The notes under the pieces: model-generated
Told to the model about the DNA's origin: nothing
The model's input: the letters and a program-made list of their open reading frames with translations, nothing else
Database searches by the model: none
Shown: positions 34,568 to 47,444 of the stretch, one piece after another
Numbering within the stretch: the first letter of the stretch is position 1
Layout of the letters: each line of letters opens with the position of its first letter
Source: Geosiphon pyriformis uo1
Taxonomy: Eukaryota > Fungi > Glomeromycota
Direction of reading: 5' to 3'
Assembly: GCA_016748015.1 (NCBI GenBank)
Contig: JAAOMT010000372.1
Location: 744,001-808,000 of the forward strand
DNA length: 64,000 nt
Translations under genes and position numbers: made by a program

Positions 34568-37500
34568 CTACACACTTATCAAAACACTAACCCTATAAAC
34601 AGCACCAGACAAAAACAAGAACCTATCCCTAAAACCGAAACTAACATTAAGAGAATCTAGCACACCAATAAGATAGACCATGCCAGCTAAGAGAGACGGA
34701 GCACCCACACCAAGAGCACTGGCCACAACAACATCATCACCAATCAAACCACTTCTCTCCATATTAGATCTGAACTTAGTTTTAAGGAGCCAGAGGTTCG
34801 TCCTATGACTCTTAGCCAAATGACGGACAAAATCCACTACCACAATGGCCGCTTTCTTCTTGTCGCCAAGAGAAGCAGTGGCCTCATTCATCCAACTCTT
34901 GAGAACAAATCTCTTGCAAAAAACCGAATACAACCCAACATCAAACACCCCCAGAGAGAGATCTCGCAGTACAAAAGATGGCGACAGTAGATTAGAACCC
35001 ATCAAAGTCCTCCATAAACCACCAAAATCACCCAAAATATCTGACCGCACAGAAGCATCCTTAACACAAGTAAAACCATGATCGGGAAGTTCCACATCAC
35101 CACAAAACAGACAAAACACACCAGGGTAAACCTTATTATACAACCTCTTTCGAACAGCAACAGGCAACTTGAAATAGACAGCTTTTATGAAGTACGTACG
35201 AAGAGCAGCAGTGGCTTGACACATACTTTCAGAGAGCATATGAGAGTCAGGGTGCCAAACTAGAGTGGTACTATTCCAATCGACAACCAGACCAAACAAA
35301 CAAGACACAACCTCTTGGCCGGGACCCACCTCCCACTGAAACTTGCAAATAGAATGAAAAATGTCATGTACAAAATGGCGGGCATTACTGGAAACTGGCC
35401 TGCCATCAGCAACCACATATCTATAATTAATCCTAACAGGGAGAGAGATTCCAGAGTGCACAGCCTGTTTAGCAAGAATGTCAGCCAAAACATTACCAAT
35501 GATGCCAGCATGACTTTTGACTTTAATCCAGCGAACAGTTAAATCTTTGGATTCAATTAAATTAACCACATGGCGCCTTTCTATCCAGCAACTATTGTGA
35601 CAATCCGGCTGTAACAGACCCAATTCAGCCACACATGCATCGATAGCCACTTGACTATCCATGTGCAAAGCCACTGAAACAGAGATGGGAACACATTCCA
35701 GAGCCAGGGCAACAGCCTGTAATTCAGCCAGGGTCAAAGACAACACATCATGTATCTCTATTTCTAAACCTTTGTTCAAGCCAGAAAAATAAACAACAGC
35801 ACCACATGCCACCTGAAACATACCCAAACTTCTAAGAGAACTGTCAGTATAAACATCAATCTCATCAACCCACAATCCATGAATCTCCTCACGAATGTCG
35901 GCAAAAGATGTCAAATCCAAAACACTAGCACAAACAAAAGCTAAACTCGCAGGAGGGGGAGCATACAAACAAGTACTCAAGTAAGCAGAGGCCTTCAAAA
36001 ACCATAAAGGCACAGAGCCTCTAGAACCAAGTTTTTTCCATCAGTGAAACGTACGCCAACTAACAATAGAACTATTTTTGTCCAGAAGTCAGTCATCATA
36101 CGTCATACTAGCAATTTTCAAAGAGCGAACCACATTGAAATACAAAGGATCACCCAACACTAATGATATTGGGAAACAGCCAGGAGAGCGAAAGACACAG
36201 GGAAGTCTGTTATCCAAAAACAGCTTGTTGTCAAGAAATATACGAACCACACCTGCTAGAAAATTGTTTGAAGTGTTTACTCTTAGCTTAACAGGATATT
36301 GCAGAGGATTTAACGGAGCCCAGCACAAAACCTACAAATCCAAAATTTGATGTTTGAACAGTCAGCCAAGAATTTCAGAAGAATTCGCAAACTGCACAAC
36401 GGAAGCTGTTTTGCATTCAGCTTGTAACTGTTCAAAAGATTTCAGCCCATAAAGAGAGGGGTGGTGCAATGCCTCATTGGGAAAGTCTTTCGGCAAATTG
36501 GCTTTCGACCTAAGACCCCTTCTAATTAGAATGTCTCATTTTAGACAAACAGCTTTGGAAACAAAACTAAACTGCATTTGATAACTGACTATGGGTTGCA
36601 AAACAGCTAAAATCAGATAAGAGAATTGTTTATCAGAGACAGCCTTCCGGAAAACCATATTTGAGAAGAACCTAATATCTGAATTGGCTTTGGCAAGACT
36701 TGGCTTAGACAAACTATCAGTGGACAAGAAAATACCCAGATATTGATGACTCACACCAGAATTGGCAACAGTAATAGTCTGGCTGTTGATGGATAAAACA
36801 GGAACCTTTACTCTTTTGTTGATAGAAATGGCAACCGTTTTCTCATTGTTTATATTAATGTTATTGATGAGAAAAAACTCACTGGCCACATTAAGAATTT
36901 GCTGCGTAGAGGCTTGCCCATTTCCCATGCAAATAGTGTCATCGACAAAGGCACCAGCTGTGAAAAAAGAGGTCATACCCCCACTAGTCTCAATTCTTCT
37001 AGTCCTCGACACAAAGTTTGAATTGATCTAATAACCACACAAATGATCTTGTTTCGCAACTTCACATAACAAAGGGTCATAAAAAATTTTCCATAGAAGA
37101 GGTGAGAAAACTTTGCTCTGATCCAAACCATCAAGAACTTTGTATCTATCAGAAAGGCCAAAATCCATCATAACTCTGTTGAAGCAACTGTTGTGAATGT
37201 TGCCAAAAAACTTGATAAACTTGCTGCACATTTTAATATGGTGTAAACTAGCTTCTAAATGAGGCCAACCAACAGAGTCATACACTTTGTGCATGTCTTA
37301 AAGAACTAGCCAAAGCTCGCGGTCTTTTTCCAAAGCATCCTCCACAATTGAACTCACAGCTGAAATTGGTGACTGAGTGGAAGTGCCTTTGAGGACAGAA
37401 AAGTTGTTACCATGGAGGACATCAAACCTACTACAAGCAAGAAAGATCCTGTCTGAGAGAATTTTTAACAGAATCTTCCTGGCCATCTCAATCAATGCAA

Positions 37501-39252
37501 TAGGACGTGTATTTGACAAGATGCCATCCCAATCATAAGGCTTAGGAATCATGGACACCCAGGCCTCTTTTCAATAGACTGGAACATTACCAAAACACAA
37601 ACAAGAGTTCAGCAAAGACAATAAACACTCCAAAACCAAACAGCCAGGTGTTTCCAAAGTTCATTGGTAATACCAGACAAACCAGCAGCTTTGCCATCAG
37701 GAAGATTGCTTATAACCAAAGACAACTCACACATGGTAATATCACACATAACCAGACTGAAGGCATTATTATTAACATAAGCCAAAGGGGCATATTGTTG
37801 TGCCCAGAGACCAGACAAGGCAGGAAGAGCATTCCGCTTCTTGGTCCAATTAACCATGATTTCATCAACTTTGAGCTTTACTTTGTCAGGTTCCAAAATA
37901 AGAGAATCACCAACAACCAAATAGTCCAGAACAACTTTGCGAAAAGGCCGCTCCAAGATACTCCGAATCATCCCACTTTTGTCTGTTTCGAACTTTTCCA
38001 TATGCTTATCAATTGCATCTCTGATAGCAAATCTTTTGGCCATCTTAGATTCACAATATTTGGACTTTCTATATTGCTTTCTAACCTTTAAAAGATGACT
38101 TATCAAGCCAGCAGAACCCACACCATCCCCGACCATACCAAAAACTTTGGAAGCTTCGGAAGGGTCAACCTTAAACCAAGTGTCAGCCAGACAATCAAAG
38201 CCCAAAGTATCATCCCGTCTCAGCACTTTCAATAACTTGGCAACCAGAAGCTCCAACCTAGAAAATTTAGAAGAGAGTCTATTCTTAGCACAATCAAATT
38301 CACTATACCAATGTCTTGAAAAAATTTTCTCAGCAGAAGCAGTCATGGCATCAGCTAGTATCTCCCATATTCCATTCAAGTTGCCACTATCCTCAGCCAT
38401 CTTGAACCTATCCAGAGAACCCAAAAGCATACACTCAGAAAGGTCCTTAAAATGCGCCCACTTTTTTTCATCAGCATTCTTAATCTTAAACTTCCAGTAA
38501 TCCTTATTAGCATGCTTGCGAATGCTGTACAAATGAGCATCCAGAAGACCACCCAACTCAACAGACATCAACACAGCCAAGTGATCCATGTTAAAAAATT
38601 CTGAGACAGAACTAACATCATGATCCACAACTGCTGAAATCAAAGAGTCACTAACTAGAATGTAATCCAAAACCTTGCTAACGCCTCTTAAATTGTTCCA
38701 AGTAGGAATCTTAGCTAGAGAGTGACCACCAAAAACATTAACCAAACCCAAACCTAAACATTTCCTAAGACTTGTCTCCTTGACTGAATTGTCTTCATTG
38801 AAGTCCCCACCCAAAACAACAAAAGAACTCTTGTTGATAGTATCAGCAATGAATAAATTAATAACAGAAGCCTAAGCAAAATGGTCACCACTAGACACAC
38901 AGGCATAAAGCCCAATGACAGACACAGAAAGCTTGTTCTTAAACAAAAGGTGAATTGAAAGAACTCTGCCCTTCACCTCTTCAACTTTGGAAACATGACG
39001 AGCCAGAGAATCATTCACAAAAATAGCCACACCAGCCCCATGAAACCCAACATCCAGACCAGACGTAAAAACCCAAACACCCTCAAACCTTTTCATGATC
39101 CATGGTTGTGAACTGGAACACAACTTGGTTTCCATAACAATCAAGATCAAACTACCAAATTCCTTATGCCAACAAAAAATGTCCTCCTGCTTTGTAGAAT
39201 TGTTCATTCCCCTAACATTACATGTGGCAATTTTCCAAATAAAACTGGTCAT
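34568..39252 (-). pseudogene. LINE-1 ORF2 (APE endonuclease, RT, RNase H, C-terminal Zn finger)
   Basis: WKIATCNVRG/ETK/GGDFN/DH (APE); RPIAL, KVYDSV, QSKVFSP, AFVDD (RT); YTD..AELQA..DSQ..WIKVKSH.GN..AD (RNase H); CLFCGDVELPDH. Confidence 0.93.
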
Positions 39253-41152
39253 TGTGATGAAGAGATAACCGAAGAACCTGAGCCAGCACACAACTGATCC
39301 AACTTAGCCAAAATCGAGCCAACAGAGATGTCGAGGGCAACCAGCTTCGATTCCAGACCACCAACTTCGGAAGTCAGGACTTTGGAACTACTCGGACCTA
39401 ATAGCAAACCAGTAACACCTGAAGGTAAAGAAATAAACTGGACAAAAGAATCATCAACTGCCATGTCAAAATCCAAGTCGGAGTTTGCAACCACAAGAGG
39501 AACAGAGATTGGGGACTGAGGAACTACCACAGAAGGAGCCAATTGAGAGGAAAGTGCTAAGGGTGCTGAACTAATATTGTCAAGACGAGAAAGAAAGTTC
39601 GAAATTTGTTTAGACAGAAGCTCCACAGAGCATTTCAGAAGTGTTAAGTGAGCACTTAAAAGAGAATTGACCACAGGTAGAGGGGGAAATACCCTGCCCG
39701 AACTCAAATCACTGGAAGGCAGGGAACTAGAACCAGAACCAGCATGAAAACCATGAGAAACTAAAGCAACTGAGACTACTTGAGCCCAAGATTTGCCACC
39801 AAAGACAACAGGACAAGAGATCAGCACATTCTTCTTTACATACAATTTGGCCAGCTGGAGACAAGTATTAGGGTTGGTAGGTCTTATAAAAAACTTTGAA
39901 GATTTGAAAGCTGATGCAACCTCAGCATCACATTCCAAGGCAGAATGACCAAACTTCCCACACTGTTCACAGCAAACCAAATCCAGCCTAGCCCATAAAA
40001 GTTTCACACCACCAAGGATCGGTTCTGTGCAAAAAGCTGACTCCAAAACCTCATCAGAATCAAAACACACAACAGCATAGCGGACCCTATTACCAGTCTC
40101 CAATGACTGATTTATAACACAAGTTTTTTCACCAGCTCCTTCAAGAAGATCTTCAAGATCATGAGCAGTAGTTTCCACTGGCAAAGTAAACAAAAATGCT
40201 CTGAACTGGTCCCTAGATGCCCAAGTTTCATGATTGCCCACTGCTATAGCCACACGAACCGAGTCTTTACCAATTAGGAAGGACCACTTAGCAGCCAAAG
40301 ACACAGCCTGTTCCAATTTGGTGAATTCCATCACAGCCTTTTGCCATAAACCAATCAACTGGATTTTGATCGACTTAATTTTTTCAAACTTGGATACTGC
40401 AGCAATGATCATTTCCTTTGGTGTGTCCATAGGAATTTCCTTGATGACTATGGCCTAATCTGAACGAACTCCTTGTTTCTTAAGATTGCTATTTACCATA
40501 ATGTCATTTTCTCTGGCCAATGAGGCGGCCTTTCCATGCTTTCTGACAAAGTAAACGTTGATCTGATGATCCCTTCAAATTTTGAGGAAGTAGTGGCCCC
40601 TCCAAAACCATTGATTTATGAAAACAATTTCCTTAGTTGTCACCGATTTCTCTTCCACAGCCAAAAGATTGATGTCCAAAGTGAAAGATTTCTTCACAGC
40701 TACCTCCACCTGAGTTTTAATAATTTTGGAGTCCACCCACACCTTTTCCAAGAGAAGGACAAACGGGGGAGAAAAGAAACTTCCTTCTCATCATCCATGT
40801 CATAATTAATAGAGCCAAAAGGGGAACCAATAGCTGCATCAGTATTAAAATGCTTTGCATTGGGCATATTCATTTGGGAGTCAGAAGTGGTTTTACCATC
40901 AAAGGCTTCTCCATCCATATCCATGCTAGTAAGTTGCCTGTCCACACTAACAGGCCCACCATTTTTGAGATTCTTATCCACACTTAAAAGTTTAACATCA
41001 CTAAGAGGCTTTTTGACTTTTTGAGTTGAATTATCACCAACTAAACCAGCGGTCAAAACTCTGGCAGATCTCTTTTTAGCACTAGGACCACTTATAGTGG
41101 CAGTTGGTTTAACAACAAAAGGGTTTAATTCTTGTAAAATAGTGGAAAACAA
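39249..41152 (-). pseudogene. LINE-1 ORF1 (RRM-like plus CCHC knuckle, coiled-coil tail)
   Basis: ORFs 39249-40430 and 40700-41152; VIKEIPMD...KAVMEF RRM-like segment; CEQCGKFGHSALEC. Confidence 0.88.
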
Positions 41153-44100
41153 TATGTAAAAACAGAAAAAACTTCTTTTAAAATTTGACTTTTTTTCAGG
41201 AATTTGGGACGAAGGAGAGAAAGAAGTTTTTTTCTAATAATTTGATTTATATAATATACAAATATAATTAAAATATAATAATTAAATTATGTGATATTTC
41301 AAACTATATAACATTTAAAAATTCATAAAAATTTAATAAAAAATTTAATAATTTACTAAAATAATTAATAATTTATAAAAATAACTTATAATTTATTAAA
41401 ATATATTTTTAGTTTATCAAAAAATTAATAAAAAAAATATTAGATTATAATACAATCTTATAATAAATTATATAAAAAAAAGCTTTTTTTTAAAAAAAAA
41501 ATATTTTTTAATATTTTTAATAAATAAATAATTATTATAAATAACTTAAATAAATTTATATTTTTAAACTTTAACTATTCTAAAATCATTTAACTATTAA
41601 TTTTAAATTTAAATAAAAAATATTTTTTTATATTTTTTATAATTAAATAGTCTACAGTTAAATTTTTTTACATATTATTAAAAAGTTTATAGTTAAAATT
41701 TTTGTAAAAATTAAATTTTAAGACAAAGTAATTATATAAATAATTAACATAAAATTGATTATCTTATTATATAATATAAATAAGTTTTAAATATAAAAAA
41801 ATATTTTAAAAAGAAATTAACTTATTAAAAGTTTATTAACTTCTATTAAAAATAAATTAATAACATTAAAAATATTTAAAAAAAAGCAAAAATCTTAAGT
41901 AATATTAATTTTACTAATAATTTTAATATAAATACAATTAATATACTTTTTGGTTTTTTAATATTTATTTTTAACTTAAAATTAAATATGCTATTATCTA
42001 ATAAAAATTAACAAAAATCAAAAATAATAATATTATAATATATTAATCAATTATTAAATAATAGTATAAATAACACAAATTAATAAATAAAATTAGAAAA
42101 CATAATATGTATACAATAGTATACAAAATATACACAAATCCAATTTAATATAATTATAAACAAGTAAGCCAAAAGACACTTATAATTAAATAAAAAGCTT
42201 AATAACTTAACAATTATTCACTAATTAATTAAAATAAGCATAATTATATATAATTCGAAATATATATATATATATTAACTTTTTAATTAAAAAAAAATCA
42301 GACAAAAAAAAAATAATAAAAAATTAATTAGACAAAATAAACAAAAAAAAATAGAAGAATTGAATTATAATTTTAAAAAAAACTAAAAAATATGTTTTTT
42401 AAACTTTGTATTATAATATCTATTAATACTAAGATTAATAAAATTAAAAACTTTTTTTTATAATCTGGTTCTCTGTAAACAATCCAAAGAACCATTATTT
42501 CTTTCTACTATTATTTTTTTATTATTAAAAACAACAATAAAAACATCTAATACACTAATAAAAGCATAAATAAAATTCAAACTTAATAAGATTAAAAACA
42601 TATTAAAAAGATATTAACTATATAAAATTATCTAAAAACTATTTGTAATAATATCTTAACCAAAATCAACAATTAATTTAAAAATTTTAGAATAAGTTTT
42701 CTATATTTTTGAAAAATAATTTCTAATCAAGATTATTTTATAAATACTAATTTTGTTAAATTTTACTTTTTATTTTTAATTTATTAGGAATAAGATATTA
42801 TTTTATTACAACCAAAAAAATACAGATATCTGATATTAGTATAAGATAAAAAAAGTATTTTTATAAAAGTTTCAAGAAAAAATACAATTAGAAGTGTACA
42901 ATATAACAGAAATTCTTTTTAAAAATTAATATAATAGTAACTATTAATAACAATTCCAATAGAAATATTATATTACATACTAAATTCAATAACAAAGACA
43001 TTTACCAAAAAAATTATCTAATACTTGCTAAGAAATTAAGAAAAACTTACTAAGCTAATCTTTAAATTCTTAAATAAAAAAAATAATAGTAATCTATTAA
43101 ATAAAAATTTAGCATAAATCAAAATTACCACTAATTAAAACTAATATACTAATTTTTATATTAACATTAGATAATTTTTTATATTATTTTTTAATATAAA
43201 AAGCCATAGAAATTAATTATAGTACAACTACAGAGAAAAAATAATCTGTAATATTTGGTGTTTACTCTAAAGTCCAATTTTTAATCAATTCAAGCCACTT
43301 AAAATTTTAGCAATAATTAATTGTATAAAGCAATAAATTAAAGTGGCAAAACAAATAATACCTGTTAATTTTTTTAGTCAAAATCTATATTATTAATTTT
43401 AAAAAAACTAAGATTATCTAATAATTGTCTTTCAATTGAATTAATTTTTAATTATTACATATATTATTGAATTTAATACTTACTTAAACAAGATTCAAAA
43501 CTCCAAGAACAAAAATAAAGCCTATATCGAAAATTAATCTAATACATTATATTACTTAGTATATAATTATTTTTAATAACTCTAATATAAATATCCTTAG
43601 AAATTAAAAAATACATCCAATAAAGTTTTTCTATTTATTTTCAACAAAAATAAAAAAGATAGCAGTAACCAAAATAACCAACAAAAATTAAAAACTCTAA
43701 TACAAACACTCTATTAATAAATTGTGAATTAACAGCAAATTTTAATTTTATTATATAAAAAACTTCAGATTATATTATCAAAAACCCTATTTTACTATCT
43801 GTTATTAAATAACCAAATTAATATACTACTAAAAGCCATGTTTTTCTATTACAAAAACAATTTCCTAAACTTTTAACTATATTTACACTTTATTTGGAAA
43901 AAAATTTTTAAGAAATTTATTCTAATAGGATACTTTTTGTAATTTTTAAATTCATTATTTTTATAATTAAACTTCTAAACTGCTTAAAAATCTGAACTTA
44001 AATCTGAATCTGAATTCAAGTTTAAACATAATTTAGAAAACAAAGTATTAGAAAAAAAAGAAAAAAAAGAAGAATTTTTAAGTAAATTAGAATTAGAACT

Positions 44101-46403
44101 CATAGCTTCTGTTTAAATATCTGTAAATTCTTAAAAAATAGCCACTTTTTATATCACAAAATTGACCAATTTTACTAAAAAAAAAGAAGATATTTATACT
44201 TGAATTAAAAAAACACAAAAAGCAATTATAGCAAATAATTGAAATAAAACTTGTAATCTTTAGATTTTACTATTTTTCTTAAAAAATACAATTGACTTCT
44301 AATATTAAAATTTAAATTCCAAAACCAACATTTTTGCATAGTTTTAAAATATATTCCTAAAATATTTTTGCAATTTTAACACTATTATTAAACAACAGTC
44401 CAATAAAACAATAATTAAATATTTTAATAAGTTTAATTATGTTTTACAACAGATTAGAATCATAGAAAACAACTATTATATAGTTTTTCAAATCTTTAAT
44501 TAGTTTGTAAAAAAATTAAAAAATAGCATTTTAGAATAAGTAAAACTACAATACTTGAGAAATTTATTCCAAATTGTTATATTAGTTTAAGATATTAAAT
44601 TAGCTAAAGAAAAAACTAACTACAATAAAATAGTAAACTTAGTAATAAATAATAATAATACCAAAAAACTGAAAAACAAAATCACTTAATTTAAAGAAAA
44701 ATTATCTCAAAAAATAAAAAATTATTTTGCTGATATCAGATCTTTAGTATCAAACTAATATTAATTATTGTAATAACAAAACCAAATATTTTTTCAAGAT
44801 TATGGCTATCAAAATCCAAATAAAAACCAACAGAATATATTAACATATTATTATTGTCAAAAATACAGATATATTAAAGTTAAATACTGATTATTGTAGT
44901 TTTATTAAAATTCACAAAAAAACAATTTGTAGAATTTACTTTTCAGTAATTAATACATAATATTTTAGAATTAATACTTAGTATCAATTTTATAGTATTT
45001 TTAGCAATAATTATTATGGCAACAAAGTCTGGTTTAACCATAATACTTAATTTTATTACAAAAAATATGACAAGCACTAGCTCTTAAAACACATTTCCAA
45101 AACTTAAATTAAAGAAAAAATTATCTATTTTCAAATTTAAATCTTTTAGATTAGTCAGCAATAAATACAATAATATTATAAAACCCAAGTCAAAATAATA
45201 ATAAATGATACAATACATCTATATATTATTAAAAAATGTTTTTTAATTTACCTAAACTACAATATTTTTATAATATAGTATCTTACAAAGATTAAAAAAT
45301 TAGTATTATCAAAAGTTTTGTTATTAATATTAGTAAAAATACTAGCATAAATTTTTCTACAACTATTACCAATAACAAAACATTAACTGTTATATTCTCT
45401 TTAAACTTAAAAAAAAATTCATATCTATTTTGTTTAGTAGAACCACTTTAAATAAAAATAAACCAATTATTGTTATATATACTAAGATAAAAGCAGATAA
45501 TAAATCCATCAAACTGGTCTTAAACAGTGTATTAACAAGAAACATTATTACTTTTTAATTAATAAACCAATTAGGTTATTAAATTGACAGAAACACTAAT
45601 ATTTTTATTATTATTGCTAATAGAGCCAAAAAAATATTGATCAAAAAATTGATTTTTTTTTTTAACATAAACAGAATAATTATCTTTACTAAGGTATTAG
45701 TTATAGATATAACTTAATACTAAGCACTAATTGAAAATAATTGTTTAAAAAAACAAATATTATTTTAGATTGGTTAACTTAAAAGTTACAACTAATATAT
45801 TAAAAACAATACATATAAGTACTTGTTATATATAAACATTTTAAAAAAAATTTTCACATAAACAATCTATTCCAGTTTAAATTTGAAAAAACATTAAAAA
45901 CAAAAGCCATTAAAACATATTAAATTAAGTAAGACAAATATAATCATAAAAAACTATTATTTATTCTTATGTGAATTAATAAAATCTTTAATTTTATACT
46001 ATCTTATTTTTTTTGTCTTCAATATTACCAAAATTATTAATCAAGATTACAATATTTAGCTTGCCAAAAAAAAATATTTTCTATGATAACTTGTGTTATT
46101 ACACATAAAAATAATTAATAAACCACTTATTATTATTGTAACTAATATTACAAAGAACATATAAGTATTTAAAATAATCAAAAAAATAGAACAAAACTCT
46201 TTATATTACATGTAGAAAAATCTTACCTGGTAAATACAATTAGATTAATATGCAATTTAGAAAAGTCACATATAAACTTATTTGTCTATACATTATTCTT
46301 ATTACTAATTGAATAAGAAGAAGAACTTTTTTTAATATTACTTATAATAAAGTCTTAAATTACATATATTATAATTCACATATTAAACAACTATATAATA
46401 TAA

Positions 46404-47444
46404 TATTACCAATAGAATTTTAACTATTAATTAACATGAAATTATTTTTATAATTTTTATTAATAATTAGCTTATATTATTATTATTTTAATTATTACTT
46501 ATTAGTTAATTAAATTATTAAATATTATTATCCAATTAATAATTCAATTTATATAATACACAATTGTAATAATCAGATTATGAAATACTTTAAACTCTAT
46601 AATATTCAAAAATTTGCCAAAATTTGCAAAATATCTTAATAGTTTACTGAAATATTTATAGTTCAATAAAAACAATTTGTAATTTATTAAAATATATCTT
46701 TAGTTTATTAAAATTATAATAAAAGAAAAAATCCAAGTTTATAAATTAGTACTATAACAAGTTGTATAAAAGAAGAGCTTTTTTTTTGAAAAAATATATC
46801 TTATCTTATTTTACTTTAAAATTATTTTTTCTTAGAACAAACTTTTAATACAAATTAAATAAAATCAAAAACATTTGAAAGACACAAATTTATTAATTAA
46901 TTATACTTAAAATTTTCCAAATCCCAACTAATATGTTAAAATTAACTAGCTACTAACTTCAATAAATTGTTAATGATTTTAGACCTGAACAAAAAACGAT
47001 TTCTTTAACAAAATTCTATTTTTTTTATATTTTTTTATTTTCTTTTACATTTTTTATTAAATATACTAAAGGTATTCTATGTACTTAAGTAGTGGTTGGG
47101 CTGTACTCATAAAATCTTTAATAAATAAAAAAAATACTAAAGTAGTTTACAGATAAAATTCCTGTAAAAGAGTTGACTTTTACAGCAAAATAACTACATA
47201 TTTTTAATGTGTTTCCAGACAAACAATTTTTAAGAAAGAATTAACTTTTACTACAAAGTAACTACATATAATAATTAATATGAAATTGGTTATTCTACTT
47301 ATAAGTTTAGTAATTCAAATTATAAAAGATAATTTGAAAATAAATTCAGTTATCAGAGGTTTATTAGCTTTCAATAATTGTAAATTAACAGCAAACAGAT
47401 ATTAATAACATCTAAAAAAAGAAACCCAAAAACTTTTAGTAATA
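46404..47444 (+). repeat. Solo LTR of the C/D family inserted in element E
   Basis: TATTACC...AGTAATA termini; aligns to the C/D LTR (motif array, TATAAAAGAAGAGC, GAGTTGACTTT); TSD ATAA/ATAG. Confidence 0.88.
47072..47133 (+). mobile_element. 62-bp 5'-truncated LINE 3' tail inserted in the solo LTR
   Basis: GGTTGGGCTGTACTCAT...AATAAATAAAAAAA matches the LINE-1 3' end (GGTTGGGCTGCACTCGTTAATAAATAAA); 9-bp TSD ATACTAAAG at 47063-47071 and 47134-47142. Confidence 0.85.

Larger units (their letters stand above)
34435..41234 (-). mobile_element. Full-length non-LTR retrotransposon LINE-1 (ORF1; ORF2 APE-RT-RNase H-ZnF)
   Basis: 14-bp TSD TAATAATTTGATTT (34421-34434 and 41235-41248), A-rich (TAAA)n tail, two ORFs. 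Confidence 0.95.
34289..41904 (+). repeat. Highly decayed C/D-family LTR split by LINE-1 (34289-34434 plus 41249-41904)
   Basis: The joined flanks align to the solo LTR 46404-47444 and to C/D LTR landmarks (TATAAAA..AGCTT at ~41470, terminal AGTAATA at 41904); no clear TSD. Confidence 0.7.

Noticed and set aside
41905-43190. Exact 5' LTR boundary and TSD of element E; (TA)n at ~42260
   Set aside because: Too eroded, and the 3' LTR is mostly deleted, so no boundary can be supported; the microsatellite is trivial.
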